DNA of 64,000 nt. Origin: Candidatus Methylomirabilia bacterium (GTDB lineage Bacteria; Methylomirabilota; Methylomirabilia; Rokubacteriales; CSP1-6). The DNA lies in the NCBI GenBank assembly GCA_041497115.1, contig JBGQFW010000013.1, forward strand, positions 1,646 through 65,645. Reading direction: 5' to 3'. The notes beneath the pieces were generated by a model. It searched no databases. It was given only the letters and a program-made list of their open reading frames with translations, and had not been told where the DNA came from. Of this stretch, positions 44,139-51,589 are shown one piece after another (position 1 is the first letter of the stretch; each line of letters opens with the position of its first letter). The position numbers were made by a program, and so were the translations under genes.

Positions 44139-44947
44139 GCGACTCCGGGGCGGCGGCCCGCCGCGACGACGAGCTGCTGGGACAGCCACGGGCCCAGCAG
44201 CGGCAGCGCGGCGGCGGCGCGGCCGAGCCACGGCGGCACCCCGCCCAGCAGCCGGCGCAGCACGGGATGCGAGCGGCTGTTGATGAGCCGCGACACCGCG
44301 TAGCCGCGATAGAGCGGCCGCACGCCGGGGGGCAGCAGCCCCACCAGCTCGCGCATCGTGAGCGCGAAGAGGTGGTCCTCGGCGCCGACGCCCGAGTCGG
44401 CGGCGGGCTCGTCGCCGGCGGCCCGCCGCCGCTGGTAGGCGGTGAACGAGGGCTCGCGCGTCCCCACGCACCGCCCGTTGGGCGTGGTGACGATCAGCCG
44501 GCCGGCCGGCGCCAGCACGCGCGCCGCCTCGGTCAGCAGAGCGCCCGGATCGGCGACGTGCTCGACCAGCTCGCCGACGAGGACGATCTCGAACGCGCCG
44601 TCGCGGAACGGCAGCCGCCGGGCGTCGCCGACGACGCCGCTGAATCGCCCGCGCTCCCACTTGGCCCGCGCGTAGCGGACGAAATCCGGGCGCAGGTCGA
44701 GGGCGGCGGTGACATAGCCGGCCTCGGCCAGGAGCAGGCTCGCGTTCGCCTGGGCAGCGCCCACCTCGAGGACGCGCGCGGGCGGCGGGAGCACGCGCGC
44801 CAGGCGCAGCACGGCGTCCATCCGCTGCAGGTAGCGGAAGCGGCGCGGGTCGTCGAGGTCGGGGTTGTCGATCTCGCGGGCGTCGTTGCGGCGCAGGTAC
44901 TCGAAGTCCGCCGCGCCGTCGGCGGGCAGGCGGGGGCCCGGCTTCAT
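44135..44947 (-). CDS. Class I SAM-dependent methyltransferase
   Basis: 270 aa from ATG 44947 (ATGA overlap). It has motif I (VLEVGAAQANASL) and the post-I/II motifs (LAPAGRLIVTTPN). Confidence 0.8.
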   Translation of the reverse strand: MKPGPRLPADGAADFEYLRRNDAREIDNPDLDDPRRFRYLQRMDAVLRLARVLPPPARVLEVGAAQANASLLLAEAGYVTAALDLRPDFVRYARAKWERGRFSGVVGDARRLPFRDGAFEIVLVGELVEHVADPGALLTEAARVLAPAGRLIVTTPNGRCVGTREPSFTAYQRRRAAGDEPAADSGVGAEDHLFALTMRELVGLLPPGVRPLYRGYAVSRLINSRSHPVLRRLLGGVPPWLGRAAAALPLLGPWLSQQLVVAAGRRPGVA

Positions 44948-46380
44948 CGGGCCCGCGGCGTCGCCGGGGTCAGCCCCGTGCGCGGCGCCGGGGCGTCGGC
45001 GCGCTCGAGCTGCGGCAGCATCGCGACCACGCCGGCGAAGAACCAGAACGGCTCCATGATCCGCACGATGATAAACGTGTTGGAGCCGATGGCGTGGACG
45101 AGCAGTCCGACCAGGCCGGCCAGGAATCCCAGCGCGATGCCGCGGTCCTCCGGCTCGCGCACGCTCGCGAGCGTCGCGCGGGCCGATTTCAAGACGGCCC
45201 ACACCAGGGAGAGGAACGCGACGAGGCCGACCACGCCGGTCTCCACGAGCACGCGGGCGTACTGGGCGTCCATGAAGCCGTAGCCGGTGACGCCGTAGCC
45301 GAAGATCGGCCGGCGCGTCCATCCCTCGATCGCGTTCTGGAAGCTGAACAGGCGCGCTGAGGTGGACGGATCGAATGCCACGCCGATCTGGTGGATCCGC
45401 ACCGTCGCCTGCCCCTTCTCCGGCTCGAACGTGTAGAGGATGCGCTTGGTCACCGCGTCGGGCAGCGACACCGCCAGGATCGGCGAGCACACCAGCAACA
45501 GGAGGACCAGCCCCACCATGAAGCGCCGCTGGCGGCTGAGGAAGACGAGGACGAGGAAGGCCGGGACCACGCCGAGGTAGGACGCGCGCGAGAGGGTGAA
45601 CGCGAACGGCAGCGCCATCAGGCCGATGACCCCCAGGCAGATGGCGCGCAGCCGCAGGCGGTGCGTCTCCAGCGCGATCCCCGCCGCGATCGCCATCATG
45701 AACAGCAGGTAGCCGCCGAAGGTGTTGGGCTCGCCGACCTCCCCCTCGAACGGCGCCGACACGCGCTCGCCGGACGGGATCTGGGCGATCCCGACCACGC
45801 TGACGATGGCGGCGGTGAGGAACGCCGCGATCACCAGCCGGCGGGCGTGATCGCGGTCCTGCACGTTGTTGACGACCATGTAGTAGACGACGAAGTACTC
45901 GACGTACTTGAGGACGTAGAAGAAGCCGCTCGTGCCGTTGACGTTGCCCCACAGCACGCCGAGCAGCGTGGAGACGGTGTTGGCCGCGATGTAGATGATG
46001 ATCGGCCGGTTCAGCGGCGTCTTGGCGACGATGCCGAGCTCCTTGTTGACCGCCGTCTTGGCCAGCCATGCGAAGCCGATGACGATCAGGACGAAGTCCT
46101 CGCTGCGCACCATGATCGTCCGCCCCTCGGCGATGCCCCCGCCGCCCGCGCCGAACTCCGGCGACAGCAGCATGGAGAAGACGACCACGTAGAGGCCGAA
46201 GTCGTTGCGGACGAAGACGATCGCGAAGAGGACGACGGCGGCGAGCGCGCCCATAGCGTAGCCGAACGACGCGCGCGCGAGTCCCTGGGAGAGCGCGTAG
46301 GCGGCCCCCACCATGACCGCCACCATGAGCAGATTGCCGAGCGCCGGCGGAGCCGCCGGGCCGGACGAGCCCAGTCGCAC
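44944..46380 (-). CDS. O-antigen ligase / polymerase-like (Wzy_C domain) membrane protein
   Basis: 478 aa, about 11 TM helices, with a large loop and the TLSRASYLG motif. It resembles the O-glycosylation-ligase-like genes found in exosortase-type EPS loci. Confidence 0.8.
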   Translation of the reverse strand: MRLGSSGPAAPPALGNLLMVAVMVGAAYALSQGLARASFGYAMGALAAVVLFAIVFVRNDFGLYVVVFSMLLSPEFGAGGGGIAEGRTIMVRSEDFVLIVIGFAWLAKTAVNKELGIVAKTPLNRPIIIYIAANTVSTLLGVLWGNVNGTSGFFYVLKYVEYFVVYYMVVNNVQDRDHARRLVIAAFLTAAIVSVVGIAQIPSGERVSAPFEGEVGEPNTFGGYLLFMMAIAAGIALETHRLRLRAICLGVIGLMALPFAFTLSRASYLGVVPAFLVLVFLSRQRRFMVGLVLLLLVCSPILAVSLPDAVTKRILYTFEPEKGQATVRIHQIGVAFDPSTSARLFSFQNAIEGWTRRPIFGYGVTGYGFMDAQYARVLVETGVVGLVAFLSLVWAVLKSARATLASVREPEDRGIALGFLAGLVGLLVHAIGSNTFIIVRIMEPFWFFAGVVAMLPQLERADAPAPRTGLTPATPRAR

Positions 46381-46384
46381 GACG

Positions 46385-49300
46385 TTACCGGACCTGGATC
46401 ACCTGCGGCGTCAGCCCGAGCCGTCCAAGCTCCTCCGCCCGCGCCTGGGCCTCGGGGCGCGCGGGAAAGTTGCCGTGACGGATCGTGTAGGCGGTCGCCT
46501 CGCCCGGCTGGGCGGCGACCCTCACCTGATATCCCTGCGCGCGCAGGCGCTCGGCCAGCTCGACGGCGCGCCGCAGCAGCAGCGGCTCGCCCACGCGGAT
46601 CACCGGCGGATCCGGGCGGACGATCACGGCCTCGCCGAACCCCTGCTCGCGCAGCGCGCCGACGAGCGCCTGGGCCTCGGCCGCGCCGGGAACGCGCTCG
46701 AGCAGGACGGCGTAGACGCCGGGGCCGGTTTGCGGTCGCGAGCGCACGGTCTGGAATCCCGCCTCGGTGAGCCGGCGCTCGACCACCTCCGCGGCGGCGG
46801 CCGTGGAGAAGGGACCGATCTCCAGCGTGAAGTGCGGCGCGGCGGCGGGCGGCGCGGCGGCGACGGCGGGCGCCTTCGCCGGCGCGCTCGCCTTCGGCGG
46901 CGCGGGCGGCGCCGGCGCCGGCGAGGTCCGCGGAGCCGGCACGGACGCCGCCGGCGGAGTCGGCGCGGGCGTGGGCGCGACCGGCGCGGCGGCGGGCGGG
47001 ACCGACGCTTTCGGCGCGGGAGCGGCGGCCGCCGGCGCCGGCGGAGCCGGAGCGACCGCCGCGGGCGCGGGCGTGACCGTCGCGGGCGCAGGCGTGACCG
47101 GCACCGGCACCGCGGCGGTCGGGCGCGGCGTGGCGGGCGCAGCCGGCGGTGCCGGCGGTGTCACAGGTTTTGTCGACGGGACCGCGGGCTTCGCGGGCGG
47201 CGCCGGTGGCCGGCTGGAAGGCGTCGTCGCACGCGGGCCGATTCCGAGTCGCTCACGCAGCAGATCGAGCTTGCGCTGCGCGGGAGCGAGCAGGCCGAAC
47301 TGCCAGGCCGCCAGCCCGCCGCCGGCGGCGGCCAGCACGAGCAACAGGACGAGGGCGAGGCCCACGTGGCGAGAGCGCCCGCGGCGCGGCCGCGCGTCGT
47401 CGGCCTCGCCGGCGAGGCTCGCCGCCGTGACGGTCTCGATCTCGCGCGCCGGGATGGGCGCGGTCGTCGCGGCGGCGCCACCCCCCAGCCCGATGCGCGA
47501 GCGCACCGCGTCCCACGCGCGCGACACCGCGCCCCCCTCGCCCGCGGCCGGCGTCTCCTCGCCGTAGTAGTGGGTGTAGTAGTGCGTGTAGGTGTAGCCC
47601 GACACCTCCGCCTGCACGTCGTTGAGGACCACGCCCCACACCTTGGCTCGCGAGGACTCCAGGTGCGACTTGGCGCGCTTGAGCACGAGGCGGCCGACCT
47701 TGCCGGCCTGGTAGACGAGCAGGACGCCGTCGGCCTGGGCCGCGACGATCGCCGAGTCGGTCACCGGCAGCACGGGCGGCGTGTCGATGAGGACCACGTC
47801 GTACTCGGCGCTGACCTCGCGCAGGAACTGCGCCAGCGCGCTCGTCGAGAGCAGCTCGGAGGGGTTGGCCGGAATGGGGCCCGCCTCGATGATGTGCAGG
47901 TTGTCGAGGCCGGGCGAGGCCATGATGTCTTCCATCTCGAAGCGGCCCATCAGGATGTCGGCCACCGTGCGGATGCAGTCGCGCCAGCGCGCGTTGCCGA
48001 CCAGGATGTCGCTCAGCCCCGGCTCGCGCTCGATGCCGAAGAACCGGTAGATGCTGGGGCGGCGCATGTTGGCGCCGACCAGGAGCGTCTTCTGGCCGCT
48101 CTGGGCCATCGTCAGCGCGAGGTTGACGATCGTCGTCGTCTTGCCCTCCTGCAGCGTGGGGCTCGTGACGACGAGGACCTTGCCGCCGCCGTGGTCCTGG
48201 CGGGCGAACTGCACGTGTGTACGCAGCGTGCGATAGGCCTCGGCCACCGGCGACTTCGGGTCGAAGTGCGTGATGAGCAGCGCGTGGTTGCGCAAGGCCT
48301 CGGGATCGGTCTGGGCCAGCGCGGGGCGGCGCTCGACGAGGCGCTGCATCGCCTCGCGCGGGTCGATGTGCGGGATGGTGCCGAGCACCGGCACCCCCAG
48401 GTACGACTCGATGTCCTCGATGGTGCCGATGGAGGTGTCGAGCGTCTCCTGCAGGAACGCGAGGCCGAGTCCGAGCACGAATCCAAGGAGGGCGCCCACC
48501 ATGATGGTGTTGAGCACGCCCGAGCCCACCGGCGCCCCCGGCTCGGTGGCCGGGCGGATGATAGTGACTTCCTCGACGCCCTCCGACTCCTTGATGAGCG
48601 CCTCCTGGTGGCGCGTCTTGAGCAGCGTCAGCAGGTCGTCGTTCACCTTGGCGTCGCGCTGCAGCCGCTGCAGGCTCAGCTCGACCGCCGGCACCTCGCG
48701 GTTGCGCTGGAGCAGCTCGCCCATCTGGCGGCCGAGGATCTCCTCGCGGTTGCGCAGCAGCGCGATCTGCGCGGCCACCTCGCGGCGCATCTCGCGCCGC
48801 ACCTCGCGCAGCCGGTCGTCGATCGCCTGCAGCCGGGGATGGCGGTCGGTGACCTCCAGCGCCAGGTTGCTGCGCTCGAGGATCAGGTCGGTCTGCGTGG
48901 CGAGCAGCCGGAGCACCGCCGGGTTCTGCGTGTCCACATAGACGCGCTCGGTCACGCTGGCGGGATCGGTACGCTCGAGCCGCGCCTGCACCTGCTCGAG
49001 CTCGATGCGCTGCTGGCGGGCCTTCTCGATGTCGCCGCGCACCTGCGTGAACAGCGACAGCAGCATCGAGGACTCGGCGCCGGGCGAGATGATGCGGTTG
49101 GCGTCGCGGAACGCCCACACCTCTTCCTCGGCCCGCCGCACGCGCCCGTCGACCTCCTTCAGCTGCGCCTCGATGAACTTGCGGGCCTCGACGATGCGCA
49201 GGTTGCGGTTGGCCTTGTTGTAGTCGCGGTAGACCTCGGCCACCGTGTTGGCGAGGTCACGGGCCTCCAGCGGGTTGGTGGAGGTCGCGATGACCTCGAG

Positions 49301-49699
49301 GATGCTGGTGCCGCCCACGCGGTTGGTGCGGAGCTTGGCGCCCAGGCTCTCGAGCGTGGCAGTGTAGGCGCGCGACTCGCGGATCGCCTCGCCGCTCACG
49401 GTGCGCGGCAGCCGCCCCATCCGGCGGGCGACCTCCTCGAGGATCGGATAGCTCTTGATGAGGTTGGCCTGCGTCTCGATGTTGTCGGCGGTGTTGTAGG
49501 AGAGGACCTCCACCAGCAGGCCGGTGAGCGCCATCGACTGCTCGAACTTCACGGCGGCGGTGGCCTGGTAGTCCGGCACCTTCTGGCGGGCGATGAGGAA
49601 GCTGAAGAACATCGTCAGGCCGACGCAGACGAAGATCGTCAGCCGCCGGCGGCGGACGATCAGCCAGTAGTCGCGAAGGTTCATCTCGTACTGCGCCAT
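46385..49699 (-). CDS. Polysaccharide co-polymerase (Wzz/GumC) fused to a BY tyrosine kinase, followed by an extra TM helix, a Pro/Ala linker and two SPOR-like repeats
   Basis: 1104 aa with these parts in order:
- N-terminal Wzz TM and a coiled-coil periplasmic region, then TM2 (VLNTIMVGALLGFVLGLGLAFL).
- Kinase Walker A (TSPTLQEGKTTT) and Walker A' (VVLIDTPP).
- Tyrosine cluster GYTYTHYYTHYYGEE (about 47560-47602).
- TM3 (HVGLALVLLLVLAAAGGGLAAW) and a 137-aa Pro/Ala linker (46835-47245).
- Two roughly 70-aa SPOR-like repeats (46388-46834). Confidence 0.85.
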   Translation of the reverse strand: MAQYEMNLRDYWLIVRRRRLTIFVCVGLTMFFSFLIARQKVPDYQATAAVKFEQSMALTGLLVEVLSYNTADNIETQANLIKSYPILEEVARRMGRLPRTVSGEAIRESRAYTATLESLGAKLRTNRVGGTSILEVIATSTNPLEARDLANTVAEVYRDYNKANRNLRIVEARKFIEAQLKEVDGRVRRAEEEVWAFRDANRIISPGAESSMLLSLFTQVRGDIEKARQQRIELEQVQARLERTDPASVTERVYVDTQNPAVLRLLATQTDLILERSNLALEVTDRHPRLQAIDDRLREVRREMRREVAAQIALLRNREEILGRQMGELLQRNREVPAVELSLQRLQRDAKVNDDLLTLLKTRHQEALIKESEGVEEVTIIRPATEPGAPVGSGVLNTIMVGALLGFVLGLGLAFLQETLDTSIGTIEDIESYLGVPVLGTIPHIDPREAMQRLVERRPALAQTDPEALRNHALLITHFDPKSPVAEAYRTLRTHVQFARQDHGGGKVLVVTSPTLQEGKTTTIVNLALTMAQSGQKTLLVGANMRRPSIYRFFGIEREPGLSDILVGNARWRDCIRTVADILMGRFEMEDIMASPGLDNLHIIEAGPIPANPSELLSTSALAQFLREVSAEYDVVLIDTPPVLPVTDSAIVAAQADGVLLVYQAGKVGRLVLKRAKSHLESSRAKVWGVVLNDVQAEVSGYTYTHYYTHYYGEETPAAGEGGAVSRAWDAVRSRIGLGGGAAATTAPIPAREIETVTAASLAGEADDARPRRGRSRHVGLALVLLLVLAAAGGGLAAWQFGLLAPAQRKLDLLRERLGIGPRATTPSSRPPAPPAKPAVPSTKPVTPPAPPAAPATPRPTAAVPVPVTPAPATVTPAPAAVAPAPPAPAAAAPAPKASVPPAAAPVAPTPAPTPPAASVPAPRTSPAPAPPAPPKASAPAKAPAVAAAPPAAAPHFTLEIGPFSTAAAAEVVERRLTEAGFQTVRSRPQTGPGVYAVLLERVPGAAEAQALVGALREQGFGEAVIVRPDPPVIRVGEPLLLRRAVELAERLRAQGYQVRVAAQPGEATAYTIRHGNFPARPEAQARAEELGRLGLTPQVIQVR

Positions 49700-50782
49700 C
49701 TAGCGGCCACCCTCCGTCACGGGTCCCGTGATGTACAGGAACGGAGCCTCCGAGAGATCGATCATCTTGGGTGCCGGCAGCCGGTGCCCCTTCGAGTCGG
49801 CCATGATCTCCACGCGCGGGCGCAGCGGATGGTTGCGGTTGACCGCCACCACCCGTCCGATCTCCTCGGTGTTGAGCCGCACGACGGTGCCGGGCGGGAA
49901 GACCGAGATCTCCGACAGCAGCGCCTTGACCAGCGCGGTGGGAAACGCCTCGTGGCGCGACTTGACGATCTCGCGCACCGCCTCGTGCGGGCGCAGCCGC
50001 GGCCGCGCGGTGGCCGGGACGGTGAGGCCGGCGTACAGGTCGGCCAGCCCGAGGATCTTCGCGTCGGGATCCACGGCGGCGCCGGTGAGCCCCTGCGGGA
50101 AGCCCTGCCCCTGCTCGCGCTCGTGGTGCTCGAGCACGGCCTCCACGATGCGGTCGTCGGGCGCGCCCCAGCGGCGCACCATCTCCGCCGACAGCCGCGG
50201 GTGCGAGCGATAGGCGGCCAGCTCCTCGCCGGCCAGCGCGTCGGCGCGACGCAGGATCGTCTCGGGCATCTGCCAGAGCCCGACGTCGATGAGCGCGCCG
50301 GCCATGCCGAGCGTGACCAGCCGGCCCCGGTCGTAGCCGCTGTTGGCGGCGATGCGGACCGCCATCACGGCCACGCGCGCCTGGTGGAAGGCGAGGTAGT
50401 CCACGCCGGGCGGCGCCGCCGGATTGTTGGCGACCCAGAAGACGTCGGAGGACGCCTCCAGCGAGACGACCACGCGCTCGAGCACCGCCGCCAGCCGCGC
50501 CCACGGGAACTCGCCGCCGCCGCGGACGAGATTGCGTACCTCGAGGAGGATGTCCTGCAGCTCGCCGAAGAGGCGCTGGGTGTCCTCGGCGGCGGCGACG
50601 GCCGGCGCGGGCGCGGGCGCCGCCGGCGCGGGAGGCTCGTACGCGGGGCGCGGTGGCGGCGGCGGAGCCGGCGGCTCGGCGGCCTTGGCGGGCGGCGCCG
50701 GCTCGGGCGCGCGCTCGGCCGGCCGCGGGGCGGCGGCGGTGGGCCGTCCCTGGCCGCGGACGAGGTCGCTCATGCGGACCAT
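49700..50782 (-). CDS. HD-GYP-like domain protein with degenerate catalytic motifs
   Basis: 360 aa from ATG 50782. The N-terminal 65 aa are Pro/Ala-rich. The HD-domain core is FHQARVAVMAVRIA...GALIDVG...SHPRLS...LEHHEREQGQGFPQGL. The HD dyad reads ID (50285-50290) and GYP reads GFP (within 50087-50128). Confidence 0.7.
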   Translation of the reverse strand: MVRMSDLVRGQGRPTAAAPRPAERAPEPAPPAKAAEPPAPPPPPRPAYEPPAPAAPAPAPAVAAAEDTQRLFGELQDILLEVRNLVRGGGEFPWARLAAVLERVVVSLEASSDVFWVANNPAAPPGVDYLAFHQARVAVMAVRIAANSGYDRGRLVTLGMAGALIDVGLWQMPETILRRADALAGEELAAYRSHPRLSAEMVRRWGAPDDRIVEAVLEHHEREQGQGFPQGLTGAAVDPDAKILGLADLYAGLTVPATARPRLRPHEAVREIVKSRHEAFPTALVKALLSEISVFPPGTVVRLNTEEIGRVVAVNRNHPLRPRVEIMADSKGHRLPAPKMIDLSEAPFLYITGPVTEGGR

Positions 50783-51588
50783 CAGGAAACGCCCACCATG
50801 TCCTTGATGACCTCGGCGACCGTCTTCTCGCCGATCTCCTTGGCCCGCTTGGTGTAGCCGACCAGCAGCGCCACGTCGCACAGGTTGTTGATCTCCCGCG
50901 GCGTGCCGCGGGTGAAGTCGAAGATCAGCTTGATCGCCTCGTCGGTGAAGATCGGCGCCACCCGGCCGGCCATCTTGAGGCGATGGGCGATGTAGTTCGC
51001 GGTGTGGGTGGCGTCCAGCGTGTTGAGGTGGTAGCGGATGCTGATGCGCTGGTCGAGGTGCTTGAGCCGCCGCACCTTGGCCGAGAGCTCCGGCGAGCCG
51101 ATCAGGAGAATTGTCACCAGGAAGCGGTCGTCGGTCTGGAAGTTCATCAGCAGGCGCAGCTCCTCGAACACGGCGTCGTCGTCGATGAGCTGGGCCTCGT
51201 CCACGATCACCACGGTGTCGCGCCCCTCGCGGAAGTTGCGGAAGAACACGTCGTAGAGCTGGTGCAGGAGCTCGGGCTTGTTCTTCTCGGCCGTCTCCTG
51301 CCCGAGCTGGTAGAGCGTCTCCCGCAGGAAATCGACGGCGTTCCAGCTCGGGTTGGTCAGCAGGCCGATCTCGTACCGCTCGGCCTCCAGCCGCTGGATC
51401 AGCGCCCGCGACAGCGTCGTCTTGCCACAGCCGTACTCGCCGGTGAGCATCCCGCACCCCTTGCGGTGGCGCACGGTGTAGACGAGGCGGACCAGCGCCT
51501 CCTCGTGCTCGGGCGAGAGGTAGAAGAACTTCGGGTTCGGCGAGTTGTCGAACGGTGGCTCGGTCAGCTGCCAGTACGCTTCGTACAT
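50782..51588 (-). CDS. ExeA/GspA-like AAA ATPase (the type associated with PEP-CTERM/EPS loci)
   Basis: 268 aa starting MYEAYWQLTEPPFDNSPNPKFFYLSPEHEEAL. It has Walker A (GEYGCGKTT) and Walker B (VVIVDEAQ), and GTPREINNLC near the C-terminus. Confidence 0.85.
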   Translation of the reverse strand: MYEAYWQLTEPPFDNSPNPKFFYLSPEHEEALVRLVYTVRHRKGCGMLTGEYGCGKTTLSRALIQRLEAERYEIGLLTNPSWNAVDFLRETLYQLGQETAEKNKPELLHQLYDVFFRNFREGRDTVVIVDEAQLIDDDAVFEELRLLMNFQTDDRFLVTILLIGSPELSAKVRRLKHLDQRISIRYHLNTLDATHTANYIAHRLKMAGRVAPIFTDEAIKLIFDFTRGTPREINNLCDVALLVGYTKRAKEIGEKTVAEVIKDMVGVS

Positions 51589-51589
51589 G

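Noticed and set aside
46835-47245. GC-rich low-complexity DNA (gcc/gcg/ccg repeats) that at first looked like a tandem-repeat array
   Set aside because: It has no fixed repeat period and no spacer structure. It is in frame within the Wzc-SPOR gene and encodes a Pro/Ala/Thr/Val linker. It is not a CRISPR or VNTR-type repeat.
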